A stretch of 63,475 nt of DNA, the filler included, from Salisapilia sapeloensis CBS 127946 (taxonomy: Eukaryota > Protista > Oomycota), in the NCBI GenBank assembly GCA_023334545.1. It is 14 parts of 14 records of this genome, joined end to end, with 100 filler letters (N's around TTAATTAATTAA, not from the genome) between each part and the next. Parts side by side here need not be neighbours in the genome. Positions count along the whole stretch, not along the records: positions 44,456 to 53,593 come from JAADVB010000473.1; positions 53,694 to 55,152 come from JAADVB010001139.1; positions 55,253 to 56,550 come from JAADVB010001208.1; positions 56,651 to 58,445 come from JAADVB010001040.1; 10 more parts are not named here. One strand, 5' to 3'. A model generated the notes under the pieces. It did not search any database. It had not been told where the DNA came from and saw nothing but the letters and a program-made list of their open reading frames with translations. The position numbers and the translations under genes were made by a program. Below, piece by piece: positions 44,734 through 56,946 of this stretch. Numbering within the stretch: the first letter of the stretch is position 1; each line of letters opens with the position of its first letter.

Positions 44734-45706
44734 CTCCATACGTCTAGTTTTACAACGCATTCAGTAAAACGTGTGATCATTTGTGTATCACTCGCGCATG
44801 CGTTTCAATGTCAAACTCGAAAAAAATTGTTTTCATGCTTTCTACCTGCTCGCACTTCCACTTGTCAGCTCTAACGTCTTTATCCACATATAGAACCAAA
44901 TTTAATTTTATCAAGCTATAAATGTTGTTTTCTGACTGTTGATACAGGCTTTGGCATTTATAATCTACTATGTTATAACACGGGAGATCAAAGTTAGGAT
45001 ATTGACTCTTGCTACTAAGCACTCTATCGCTCCAGCCTTAAGCAGGCTGGACCTTGATTGCCAGTCTGTTCAAGGCTAGAAATGAGCAAATTAAGATGCT
45101 TATTTTTGTCTTTAATGTTGGATTAGCGAGGAAGCTATTAATTGAAGATTCATTTCTTGGCGTAAAATTATTTAAAGCCACCTCCAGAGACGGCTTCAAG
45201 TTAGATTAAGCATACGCGAGGCCAAAAATTAAACAGGATTTTGGCAATTTTGACCACCTAATGCTTCCTTTCTAAATATATAAAAGTGTACAATACGCAG
45301 TGGAACAAGGGTGATGTGTGGCCTTCAGAAGTAGAAACCTGACTACAATATCTTAGCACATACAACGCAAATGATTCCATACTAGACTGAACATCTACCT
45401 TAGCTTCCATGGCATCAGAGTAATCACTAACATCCACAGAACAATTGTCTTGCTTGGGTTCGATAAACGAAAGGCGCGAAAAGATCACGCTTGTCTTATC
45501 ATCGGCAGTGTCTTCACTAGAATCTTCCATACAATAAAGTTTTAATAATTTGCGCTAGTCAAGTGTCCATTGGTAACCCACGACACCTCAACAAAAGTTT
45601 TCAAGCTCGTGCAGTTCGTTGAGATTACGGGCCACGGTGGCTACTTTGGCCCTTCCATACGCTTTGCAAAGAACGCTGCTTTCCTCCAAAAAATTGCTGA
45701 TGCCTA

Positions 45707-45807
45707 CATGTACGTTAAAGTTCTTTCACAATTAGCGGAAGCGTGGTCATGTAGATACCTCTTCTAGTACCTTAGTATCAATAAACGCCAGCTAAGGACA
45801 TTTTGGT
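45707..45807 (-). mobile_element. Possible hAT transposase C-terminal dimerisation remnant
   Basis: NQNVLSW...KRYLHDHASANCERTLTYM resembles the hAT W-W...L..PASSA.CER.FS motif. Short and degenerate. Confidence 0.35.
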
Positions 45808-46746
45808 TTAGTTAGACGAAAGATCAAAAAAGGTAAATCAAGAGAGGCGAATATAGTTCTGTTCAATGCCAGTACGGAAGCTCAAACGGAATACACACCC
45901 ATGTACCTTAATGGGTAAAGGATGAGTTCGTGCTGGATATTTTGCGACGTCGAACCAAGCACTTTAGGAACTAGCGGGAATGGAAGCAAGATACAAAATC
46001 TAAATATGAACGGTGCGATTTGAGCATATAGAAGAGTCATTGGACGATTTGATGATCAGATGACGCATTGGCCAGCATATGCAAGAAGATTGATACCGTG
46101 CCGTACGAAAGTTGCATAGAAGTTCTCCAACGTCAACTGTAAGCTCAGAAAATGAGAAGAAAAGGTACCTCTGTACAACTGACTCAGGTTATGACAATAA
46201 ATTGAAAAGATCAATTTGAGTATTCATATATACTTGATCAGAGCTTGGAAATCTCAATAGAAAATAAAATAATATTAAACATAAAATTCTTTAAGCGTGA
46301 ATAAGATTTGCTACAATGCGAGTCAACTTGGATCGCAAGTGAAGAACATGAAAGGGAGTTGTAGGCGAGTGGACGTTGATTTGAAATGCGTACCATGGTA
46401 ACCAAATGCGTCGAAATGAATAGTATCCATTCACACACATGGCGGATGTACCTGTCGCGCACCTTGAAGACAGACATAGGTTCATACAGGAAGTGGATTA
46501 TACTTTCTACCGTTGTAACTCAAGGAACTCTGGTCGCACCATGCAGGCTACTTGTCCGTTTTGCACGTGTGCATCGCATCGTATCATTTGCTTGATTACT
46601 GCAGAGTAGGAGCGATAGGAAATAACCAACGGTGGGCTATACGATGCCCGAATATTCACATCAGCTGCTTACAACGCGACGAAGAACTCGTTGCGCCATC
46701 TTGGTCACTCCATATCTCTTTTTCGCCCTCGAAGATTAAGTCAGTC

Positions 46747-47942
46747 ATGAATCTCCAGTACATTTTAAATGAAGACAAGGCAGGCGCGACGGATGGGTTG
46801 GGCGTTCTGGCCGAAGCTATTAGTACGATCCAGCGAGTGAATACGCCTGAGGAATGGAGATCTCGACGAAGGGAGATTGAAAAACATTCGAGACGCAAAC
46901 GAATGTAAGTCTCAATGTGTTCATAAAGCCCGAAGTGTTAACTAGGAGATAGGTCCAAGTTAAAGGACATGCGTCACCAGGTCAAGAAACTTGAGTCCCA
47001 GTACGACAGTCTAGTCAAAAACCAAGCTAGTTCCTTCGAAGTGGTCAAACTGCGGACCAAAATGTCTCAGGTGCTGAGCATACAGGATGAATTGATGCAT
47101 GAACGTGAGGTGTTGATAAACACTCTACAGGAGAAGCAAGTTGTTCACAAGTCGATTACAGTCTCTTTAAAAGAGAAACGAGACGAGGTACAGAAGATGT
47201 TCAGACCATTAACGGAAGACGAGAGTGATGCTTTCATTCGAAAGTTTCATCAAGATGTTGTCGACTTCACGATGAAGACGCAATTCGAGACAAGTGGTTT
47301 GCACTGCTTTGGTTGGAAAGATCGAAGATGGCTCGATCAAGAAGCTTCACGTCTAATGTGTTCATTTACAAAAATGTTTCCGACAAAGACTGCGAAAAGC
47401 ATTATGAATAAGACGTGGGATCTTATGTGTGATGAAAGTGAGCTACAGCGAGTAGTTTACGGATTAAAGGCCAAAGTGTCCCTCGAGACACTCCAATACC
47501 TCTCGGATAGTGCTCAAGTCTTTTACCGTATGTCACACTACCCGTCACTGATAGATTCGTACCATACAGTCTACCTGCTCTTCCGTCTTGAGATGGAAAA
47601 CGGCTACCTCATAGTCTTTCGTACGATCCCAGCACGTGAGATTAAACATTCTTTAGATGACCATGAACAGTGGTACAAGATCAACCTATGGTAACCTAGG
47701 CATTCTCTAATTTGTATGTGCGTCTATTGATCATGAATGAACATAGGTTTCAGCTAACGGACGTATTTCACGAGGATGGATCGAGGAATGGCTGTAAAGT
47801 AAAACTCGGAGGTTCATTATGCAATCCAAAAAATTCCCAAGTGGTGACTGGAATGTGGATGCTCGAGATCATTCTGTCAGTCGTTCGATGGGAAAACGCT
47901 TGTGTCGGACCGATGCTAATAACGAAAGAGAACATTGCATAA
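46747..47942 (+). CDS. Oomycete START-like family protein with bZIP-like basic/coiled-coil N-terminus, 3 exons
   Basis: EWRSRRREIEKHSRRKRM-SKLKDMRHQVKKLESQY, HCFGWKDRR, IMNKTWDLM, YLLFRLEMENGYLIVFRTI, terminal VVRWENACVGPML. Two GT-AG introns. Confidence 0.8.
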
Positions 47943-48043
47943 CTTTCCTTCTTGTTTGACAGTTGATGCGGGATAAAAATACATCTATGCGTTCTTCTTG
48001 AAACGACGAATCTAATTTTGTGCATGTTTTTCATTCACGAAAG

Positions 48044-49524
48044 ATGTCTTCAGCCCGTGTACGAGTGACTAATAAGGTTTGTCTATCTACCTTTATTCTC
48101 TATCGATGCTATGACCAATGCTTTTATGACTCCACCGTAGCTCTTGAGTAAACTTGGAGCAGTGAAGTCAAGCAAGAATGTGCAGTTTGATATGGCACAC
48201 GAAAGCTTCGTGAAGACGCACTCGAACATTCAAAACCTCCAATCTGCATTAGGAAGCTTCCTTAGTTCCATGCAAAGTAATGTTTCGATTACATCGACAC
48301 CATACGAGTCTTAAAATTGATCGTGTACAGGCTTTCATACGTCTGGACTAGTGCTGATAGGAGCTATTGAGAACTTTACTGCCGATAAGGAAGACACGTC
48401 GGAAGAACTGAAGCAGTTGGTTCAGCACGTGAAGAATGGATTTAATGCCATAGACTCGCAACTAGCATCCAGTTGGTGTCAAAGCTACGAACAAAAGGTA
48501 TTAAAACCTGCAACTGGATGGACGAAGCAAGCAGACACATTGCGTGGTCAAGTGATGGCATTCAATGACCAGAAAGAAATCTACGATCACTATTCTCGTA
48601 AAGTCATGGCACTTCGAGAGTCTCATACCAAACGCATGGGAGCTAATACCGGTCGTTTTGATCGGCATGGAGACATTGACAAGCTATCAAGGGTATAACT
48701 TGCTTCCAGTCGATTTGAAATAGTAACTAAATCATTGTGTACTAGAATGAACAAAAGCTGGCTGCAGCGACAACAGCGTATGCAAAGGTGTCGGAAGGCA
48801 CTATCAATGGACTGCGGCAATTCGTCTCGACTCGTGAGAATACACTCATACCAATCGTTCATCGGGTACTGCTTATTACACCACTCTACGAGTCTGAAGG
48901 CTAATGTGATAAAAATTGTAGTTGATCGACTTTCGTACATCGTATACCGCGACCATGAGTCATGAAGTATCCGCTTTACTCGGTGGCGTTGCTCAGAGTG
49001 ATACGCTTGAAGACACAGCAGTTGCGCATCTTGATCGATTTATGAAGGACCTAGGAATGCCCAGTGATGGCGTTCCTGCTTCCCCGAGTAAATCAAACAC
49101 TTCAGCCCATTCATCTCCGACGAACTCACCAAAGCATGCGGTATCGAGGCCCGAGGAGCTCTATGACCCGAGCTCAGATTCTCCTGTCCAAGTTGGTCGG
49201 TATAACTCTTTTGTAGACAGCAATCGATCGCCAGCAAAGGTCGATCAGACCCTTAATGTGCCCACTTCACCATCATCTCCTCAAAAACCATTTGACCCAT
49301 TCGAAGACTCATATCAGTGGGAAGAAAGAAGTACTTCGGCATCGTACAACACGTCGCAACCTCCACCTCCTCCACCACCTTCCACACATCCATTCCAGCA
49401 CTTTGCAGCAAACATGATGAATCAACGCTCCCCGTTGGACGACTTGGACAGCATAAATCGATCTGGCAACTATATAGGACCAAGTCAAGCTCAGCCTCAA
49501 GGATCCTTTGACCCATTTCAATAA
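48044..49524 (+). CDS. BAR-domain-like protein with Pro-rich tail and DPF motifs, multi-exon
   Basis: Spliced MSSARVRVTNK-LLSKLGAVKSS...FDMAHESF...VLKP...DHYSRKV...KLSR-NEQKLAAA. The tail contains PPPPPP, KPFDPF and SFDPFQ*. Confidence 0.7.
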
Positions 49525-49587
49525 CAATATAGACTAGAAAACATAATCGATAGTGATTGGAACAGATAAATCGATTCTCTTTGATCT

Positions 49588-51190
49588 TTATTCTTTCAAT
49601 AGAGCTCGACGTAGGTTACGTTGTCTATCATCTCGAATGAGAATGTTGTCGTCGAGATAACTTTGGCTCTGCATCTCACGAAGTCTAGAGACAGCTCGAC
49701 GAAATGCGATTTTCAGGTCATGCAGCGCAGCAACGTTTGGCAAGTCTTGATGTTTCTTGGAAGAATTAGACGATAGTGTATGTGCACCAACGGGTGCATC
49801 CCACGAGCTCGAGACGGGAATACCTAGTGCTTCCATCTCACGTTTTTTCTTTGCTTTATCTTCTTCGTTATCAGGAAGTACTTGGACCGAGCTTTCTGCA
49901 TCATCCAACAGCTCCTCAAAGTAGAAGAGGTGATGGATAGAAGTATCAGCAGAGCAGATGAGTCGAACACGATGTTCATACAATTCGTCTAATAGGATAA
50001 TGAAACGTCGCATTTGATCGTGTTGACCGAGGTCCAGTGACGGGATGTTTTCCACTATGACCGTGTGGAAGTGTTCAGCTAAAGCTTTGTAGTCCGCGGC
50101 TGCCTTCTCCGTATTGCAGAGATAGTTGAAGGTAGAGCGACAGATGCCGTTGGATGCACCTTGAAGGACAAGGCGACGCCCCATCATGACTGGGATGTCC
50201 AGTGTTTGGTCTTGACATTCACCTCGTAACTCGTGATAGATGTCATCGATTTGTTTTGCAACATTAGGAGATAAAGGAGACAAGTAGCTTTTATCTGCTG
50301 TGAGCTGTATGCGGTATGAGTTGGGTGGTCGTATAGGATTCACTAGACTGGAGTACCTGCGAGATCATCCGGTAGTCAGTTTCCGACTGGATGTCCACGA
50401 CACGCGTGTGCTTCGAGAGCTGGTCTAAGAAAGGAAGAAAATATTCACGATTGATGCCGTCTTTATACAACTCTGATGGCGGCAGGTTGGACGTCGCCAC
50501 CATGACAACGCCATTTGCGAAAAACTGGCCAAAGAGCTGCTTCATGATGAGTGCATCCGCGATATCTGTTACCTATGTCTATACTATGAATCAAACGCTA
50601 CTGTATGTATGCATCTAGACACGTACTTGGAACTCGTCAAAGCAGAGAAGGTGGCTTTCACGTGCGATTTCGTTCGCCACGATGCGAATCGGATCTAAGT
50701 CTGTGTCCAAATCGATGTGTCGCTTCCTCCCGTATACTTCTAACTGCCTTTTTTTTTCTTGCTGTAGGCGAGAGTGTACTTCTAGCATGAAAGAATTGAA
50801 ATGCACGCGACGCTTGCTCTCGACTGGTGCATGTCGGAAGAAGAGGTCCATGAGCATAGACTTGCCAGTACCGACACTACCATGCAAGTACAAGCCTCTA
50901 GGTACTAGTACTTGTGGAGGCTCTTTGCTTTCTTCCTCCTTTCCTTCTGTGTCTTCTTTCGTGTCTTCTGGCGTTTCCATCGTGGGCAAAGCATAGCCCA
51001 TCAAGCGATGATGGAGCTTATCAAGGTATTTACGAATGATACGGAACTGGCAACCATCTTCTGTTAGCTTACCTGAGCTTACCAGCTCCTGGTAAGCTTT
51101 TGAAGGTAGAAATTGCTTGGTAGAGTGACTACGGCTCTGTAAGAAGGAGCGACGCACTCGACTATAGCTGCTGGCGCCTAATCTTATCAT
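49588..51190 (-). CDS. AFG1: AFG1-like (LACE1) mitochondrial ATPase, 3 exons
   Basis: PRGLYLHGSVGTGKSMLMDLFF, RRVHFNSFMLEVH, LLCFDEFQV, VMVATSNLPPSELYKDGINRE, RRFIILLDELYEHR, FRRAVSRLREMQS. Confidence 0.93.
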
Positions 51191-51924
51191 TTTGTGTTTT
51201 GAAAGGCAATTGTGATTGGTACAAATAAAGTTTTCGGAGATATGATTAGTTTAAATTATTTTTGACAACAAAAAACCAAAATCGTGTTCATGCTGAATTG
51301 GTATACAAGGAAATCGGACATTTACACTAGTGATTTGTTGTATGGTAAGCTGAATAGGTCATCCTTTTGGTTGTTGAGATTGAACTAGTTGGCTTAGCTA
51401 CGTGTCATGGGAATATTCTCGTATTAAATCAATGTAACTTGTCATTTGTATTTCGAATTCAAAAGCAAGCGATGGACGTTACTGATGGAGACGAAACTTC
51501 GTACACTGGATCCTGTTCATCACTGATACTCTATCCATTACTTAAATTGCTGCTGTCGTTGCCTTGCTTGCTTCAATATGAACTATATATGAACTCCAGC
51601 AGCTAAATGACTTTTTAAGGACATGAAAACTAGACATGAAATTGTTTTCCTGAACTCTACCATACTTGTTTATGCTTAAAAGACCGATACAAAAGGCATG
51701 ACAAAAAATTATTAAAACAAAACTCGTCTACATAAACCGTTTTACGCCTCGTATGATCGCCAATTCTGCATTCAACGATCGCAGCCTTACACTTTCGGAT
51801 TACTTCCTCATATGCATAGTTGACAAAACAAGAATAGCTCGCGATAATGCGACTGTATTACTTTGTGCCTACTTGCATTGTAGATGCAATATAGGAGGAT
51901 TTTAGAAGAGACGTATGTCGAAGC

Positions 51925-52982
51925 TTATTTGAATGCGAGGAGAGTCGCTAAGAAGAAGGCGGATGCTACCATCTTCAACATCAGAGACTCGGAATCTTTG
52001 GTACGAGTTGCAGGACTACTGACACTTTTTCCATTAGTAAAGTACCTAAATCTACTTCCACTTGTTTCGTTGTATGAGCCACTTTCTTCGTTTGAGGCAC
52101 TACTGCTCATGCCCGTCATAGTACATAAGTCACCATGGTAACCATCGTCACAGAAGCAATATCCCGCATAGCACCTGCCGTGATCAATACATGCTTTGCT
52201 AGAATTTGTGTCGCATCTTCTACATTAGCCACCGGCTAAACCTTCTTCACACTTGCATGTCCCTGTACTTGAATCCGGTTCAAATTCACACGTTCCGTGT
52301 TCTCCACATTTAGAAACAAAATTGCATTAATCCGAAGTGGGATACTGACATTGATCAATTGAAAGAAACCCAGCGTGACATTTACAATCATAGTTGATAA
52401 TCATATACTTTTCTCGTGGACACGTACCTTGTCCGTTGCATAGTAACGTCGTATTATCCTCCGAAAGCTTTCCGGCACAATCGTTCGTAACGGCATGCCT
52501 TATTTCATTTGCCAAGGTGCTGTTGTCCGACATGAGCTTATGGGCATCGACACACTTGTACACTCCATCGACATTGTAATAATCAGGGTTGTTCTACATA
52601 GTGCGTTTATAGCAAGAGATGCTTTCATTGCTTTCACAAGTTTCAATCTCAGTAAGGTCATGATAGTCCAAGACTCGGTTGCAGTTTCCGACTGGAACGA
52701 AAGTGCAGACAGGCTTTACGGTTTGGTATTTGCTTGGCCACGACGCATATGTCGGGCAATACCACATTTTGGGCCAGAACAGTAGCCTTCATCAGCCATG
52801 CACATTTTCAGCCCCTCGAGGTCGGTCCTATCCGTATCGATGGAAACGCAGGAAAATTTGCTACTGTATTCTTTCTGACAAAATTCATCAGTCTCACACT
52901 GACCCGGAAACTCCAATGCAGTTGAAGTTTGGAACGAGGCAAAAATAAGTCCAATCCCGAGGACAGCGCGAATGGCGTGCGT
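51925..52982 (-). pseudogene. Secreted EGF-like repeat, probably GPI-anchored surface protein pseudogene
   Basis: Signal peptide begins at ACG (52980-52982) rather than ATG. A 1-nt frameshift precedes CPTYASWPSKYQTVKPVCTFV, and there are two in-frame TAA (PTSD*CNF; LAGG*CRRC). EGF-like CNGQGTC...CKCHAGF and CIDHGRCYAGYCFCDDGYHGDLC; hydrophobic C-terminal tail. Confidence 0.85.
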
Positions 52983-53324
52983 ACTAGTCACCGATGAAGA
53001 TTGCTGAGTTAAATTGCTGAAGGTTGTATCCGAGAATTCCAAAGAACTAAGACTATGATAGAGCAAATTGGATTTAGGAGGAGAAAGCGAAATTGGGTTA
53101 AATACTCAAGACATCAAACGGGTTGGTGACTCTATTTTCTGACATCAGGAGATGAAACTCCTCAACAGATGATGGAAATATAGATGGAAAGATCGAGCAG
53201 TGAAACCCGTGCAGAGAGCTCCATCTTGAAATAACTGGCCTCGGCACCACCCTTTTATTTTCTATATGCTTGCCTAGAGACGCTATACTGTTTCAGTGCT
53301 GTTTCCATTCCTGCACCAGGACTT

Positions 53325-53593
53325 GGAAAATAATCATGCAGAATGGATGGATGTCTTATTTTCGATTCTATACGTACTGGTACCATTGCTTGTTGATGGT
53401 GGTTCCCATAAGGCTACTCGGACGACTTGTATCCACAGCATAAATATATCTTGGCATATAGGTATACCAAATCCTACAGCTCTCCAAAGGTGAAGTTGTG
53501 GAACTAGTTCTACGTGATTGAGAGAAGAAATTCAGTACTAGGCCAGCGGCACACTTCCACTCTGGTAAATAGTTAGGCCATGTGCGCGCTGAA
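53325..53593 (+). repeat. Dispersed repeat family, copy 2
   Basis: 53453-53593 is identical to 23207-23347; upstream is similar with substitutions. Confidence 0.85.
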
Positions 53594-53693
53594 NNNNNNN
53601 NNNNNNNNNNNNNNNNNNNNNNNNNNNNNNNNNNNNNTTAATTAATTAANNNNNNNNNNNNNNNNNNNNNNNNNNNNNNNNNNNNNNNNNNNN
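53594..53693. other. Artificial contig spacer
   Basis: 44N-TTAATTAATTAA-44N. Confidence 0.99.
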
Positions 53694-54863
53694 ATCGTCA
53701 TTTGCAGAGTCTGTCTCTGACGACTCCTTTCATTGGCTGACCAATACCAATGCAACAAGGCTTAATTACTTTGTCTTTCGTGTATGTTAATACTTTACTT
53801 CCATCAACCAATTCTTTTCACGAACTTCGGGTTTGTGATCCTACTATGAGACTATTGTGGCAAACTTTTGCCTATAGTCCGGTAAATGGCGGATTGCTTT
53901 TTAAATAGGCATTGAAGTTTAGCTACAACCTGAACCTTGTACGCAGTCAAACAACTGATAATTAGAACTTGAACAATTTTGGCCAAATACAGAGGAGTAC
54001 ATTTAATACGTAAGATTGAAACGGTAGCACGAAGCTGTGTCGCTACCCAGAGTTGATGCGTGCTTTGTAGACGCATGGACTTCTTACCGTAGCGGGCCGA
54101 TAAATGTGGGTTAAATGCGAAAATCAAAATTGAGTAGCTGAACTGGGCGCCAGGCTTTAATGACTTCGATGTGCCGGTGTATATCCCAATTGAACGTGAG
54201 TATGTTGCTTAGTTCTAAGGATTGAAGTTATTACACAGGGAAGGGATATACCGCTCCATCTTTGACACTCAGTTGCCGTTGTCATGTCTTGACTATGAAG
54301 GTCTACAGTACCATTTTACGTAGCTATCGACGATGATCTCACGGTTGTTTGACATCTTGCGCACGACAAATCACCCTCGTCGTAATCTCTAAGTCTTTCA
54401 ATAATACACCGGCGGTAGGTTTTAACCGCAGCGAGTCACCTCAAGCACTGTGTTTGCATGGTAGCCTAGCTTGCAGTGATTCTAAAAGATCTACACTTTT
54501 AGTATTCCGGCGCTGAATATCGCTCGATCCCTCCGATTTATAATTTCTTTCTTGTCAAGTTTTAAGATTAAAAAGTTATATAAAACTTATGTTTAATTTT
54601 ACATATTTATGTGATTAATACAAGATAAATTGTTTTTACTTTTTAAACTGGCATCTCTCTTCGTAACAAGATTACGACGCTTCTGTGTTAAAGTCATACG
54701 AAATGTATAGCTGTGTTTACATGAGACCGCTATGGTCGCTCGCCATTTACACTCTGTGAAAAAGCTCATGGGAAGTCATTGTAAAAAGAATAAAAGCAGT
54801 GAACAACAAGACTTACTCGTAGTAACATTTGTCCAGTTAGGCAAATAGAGCATCCAGTAGTAT

Positions 54864-55151
54864 TTAAACGCGACTCTTGCACTTGCTCGGAGCAGACGTG
54901 TTCGGTGCCGGCGTCGGAGTCACAGTTGGTGACTCTGTTTCCCCTTCATCCGCAGTTGAAGCCTCTGCAGTCGGTGTCTCGACAGGCTCTTCTTCTTCGC
55001 TCGCTTCACCCATCGTTTCGCTTTGAGCGCTCTCTTGGTTTCCACCATTGGAAACAGGAGCAGACGATTCAGAGGGAGCCGATGTTTCAATGGACACACC
55101 ATTGTAGGACAGGATGTCTTGCTCTGCGGCCATTTTGGGCTCGCTTCCATC
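54864..55151 (-). CDS. 3' end of protein with Ser/Thr/Glu/Pro mucin-like tail ending KCKSRV* (partial)
   Basis: Open frame from the contig edge: DGSEPKMAAEQDILSYNGVS...ETPTAEAST...TPTPAPNTSAPSKCKSRV*. Confidence 0.6.
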   Translation of the reverse strand, partial: DGSEPKMAAEQDILSYNGVSIETSAPSESSAPVSNGGNQESAQSETMGEASEEEEPVETPTAEASTADEGETESPTVTPTPAPNTSAPSKCKSRV

Positions 55152-55152
55152 C

Positions 55153-55252
55153 NNNNNNNNNNNNNNNNNNNNNNNNNNNNNNNNNNNNNNNNNNNNTTAA
55201 TTAATTAANNNNNNNNNNNNNNNNNNNNNNNNNNNNNNNNNNNNNNNNNNNN
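55153..55252. other. Artificial contig spacer
   Basis: 44N-TTAATTAATTAA-44N. Confidence 0.99.
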
Positions 55253-55254
55253 CC

Positions 55255-56550
55255 GACACGCTAAACATCGGATTGGTGAACCTCATGTCTATGGGCGTGG
55301 CCTTTGCCATCGCTTTCGTGTATAGCTGGCAGATGACGCTGATCTTGCTTGCCTGCACTCCTGCTTTGGTGTTCGGATCTTACATCCAGGCGCGACTGAT
55401 GACAGGAGGTAGTACGACGGTGCGAGAAGCGGATAACACGGCAGGAGCGCTACTTTCCGAAGCTGTCGGCTCCATTCGCACCGTTGCATCCTTCGGAATG
55501 GAGAAACCACTAAGAACGAGATACGAAGGATTCCTCAATCAGTCCAAAGAGGCAGACAAGAAAGGAGGATTGAGCGGTGGAGCAGCTTTTGGCTTCTCGC
55601 AGGGTATGATGTTCCTGATCATGGCGCTCTTGTTTTACATCTCTGGTATATGGGTGAACAATGGGACCATCACATTCGAAGAAATGGTCATGGTAATCAT
55701 GGTAATCATGCTGAGTATGATCGCCGTCGGTGTAGCGTCCCAAAACGCGATGGACAGCAATAAAGCGAAGAAGGCTGCGTCCAGGGTTTTCAAGATCATC
55801 GATCGCAAGCCTGTCATTGATTCAACGGGCGGAACTGGACGAAAATGTGACACCATTGAGGGCGAGATCCAGTTTCAACACCTCAACTTTGCCTACCCTG
55901 CCCGACGTAAAGCACTCATCTACAAGGACTATAACCTCGTCGTCAAACCAGGTCAGACGGTGGCACTCGTTGGAGCGAGTGGCAGTGGCAAAAGCACGGC
56001 CATCTCACTCCTCGAGCGCTTCTACGACCCCGACGCCGGCGTCGTCACGCTTGACAGCGTCGATCTGAAGCATTTCTGTCTGCCGTGGCTCCGAGACCAC
56101 ATCTCCCTCGTAAGTCAGGAACCAGTTCTCTTCTCCGGCACGATCGCGGAGAACATTGCCATGGGCAAACCTGGATCGACGAGAGAAGAGGTGATCGACG
56201 CGGCCAAGAAGTTGCACGCACATGACTTTATCTGCAACTTCCCCGACGGCTACGACACGGAAGTCGGTGACAACGGAGCGCAGGTGTCTGGAGGTCAGAA
56301 GCAACGTATCGCGATTGCGCGAGCCATTCTGCGAGACCCAGAGGTACTGCTACTGGACGAGGCCACGAGCGCGTTGGATAACGAGAGTGAGCGGATCATC
56401 CAGGCGTCGCTAGACCGCCTCTTGGCGCTCAAGCGTCGAACGACGATCATCGTGGCACACCGACTGTCGACGATCCGAAATGCCGACTTGATTGCCGTGA
56501 CCAAGGACGGGGCGATTGTGGAGCAAGGGACGCACGACAAGTTAATGGAG
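55255..56550 (+). CDS. ABCB (MDR/P-glycoprotein-type) transporter, C-terminal TMD + NBD (partial at both ends)
   Basis: Walker A VGASGSGKST, Q-loop VSQEPVLF, signature VSGGQKQRIAIARA, Walker B LLLDEATSALD, VAHRLSTI. Confidence 0.95.
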
Positions 56551-56650
56551 NNNNNNNNNNNNNNNNNNNNNNNNNNNNNNNNNNNNNNNNNNNNTTAATT
56601 AATTAANNNNNNNNNNNNNNNNNNNNNNNNNNNNNNNNNNNNNNNNNNNN
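56551..56650. other. Artificial contig spacer
   Basis: 44N-TTAATTAATTAA-44N. Confidence 0.99.
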
Positions 56651-56791
56651 CTCCTCCTGCTCTTCCAAGTCGTAGAACACGAACGGCGTGTCGGCGCACT
56701 TGACCAAGTTCATCTCCTTCCCGCATGGCGACCGGTACGGATACTCCTCAAAGGCGTTGTCTGCAGCAGCGTACTCGCCACGAACGGACTT
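56651..56791 (-). repeat. 141-bp inverted terminal repeat, left arm (UPF0598 coding sequence)
   Basis: Exact reverse complement of 58305-58445. Confidence 0.95.
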
Positions 56792-56900
56792 AATGGCATC
56801 GAGGTGAAAAGGAAAGCATCTCGGTAGCGTTTGGAGCTGTTTTCAACTTGGCTACTTGCTGGAAGAAGGACAGAAGTCGATGGTAGAAGCTAGTTTGACA
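56651..56900 (-). pseudogene. Second UPF0598 copy: identical in the arm, apparently diverged and frameshifted inside the spacer
   Basis: The arm encodes KSVRGEY...YDLEEQEE. Upstream on this strand, KLASTI / LSFFQQV / PNA / PFHLDAI loosely echo NIATSL / LRFFYSQ / PNA / PPHLGDTS of the intact copy, but in mixed frames with a stop. Confidence 0.45.
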
Positions 56901-56946
56901 CACTGTGTAGAGGACGGTAAGGAACTGCAGAACAGTGCGTCGCTAT

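Noticed and set aside
52200-52330. TAA reassigned to Gln/Glu (alternative genetic code)
   Set aside because: Intact genes here end in TAA (e.g. 18473, 28203, 49524), and the same gene also has a frameshift and a lost ATG. It is a pseudogene.
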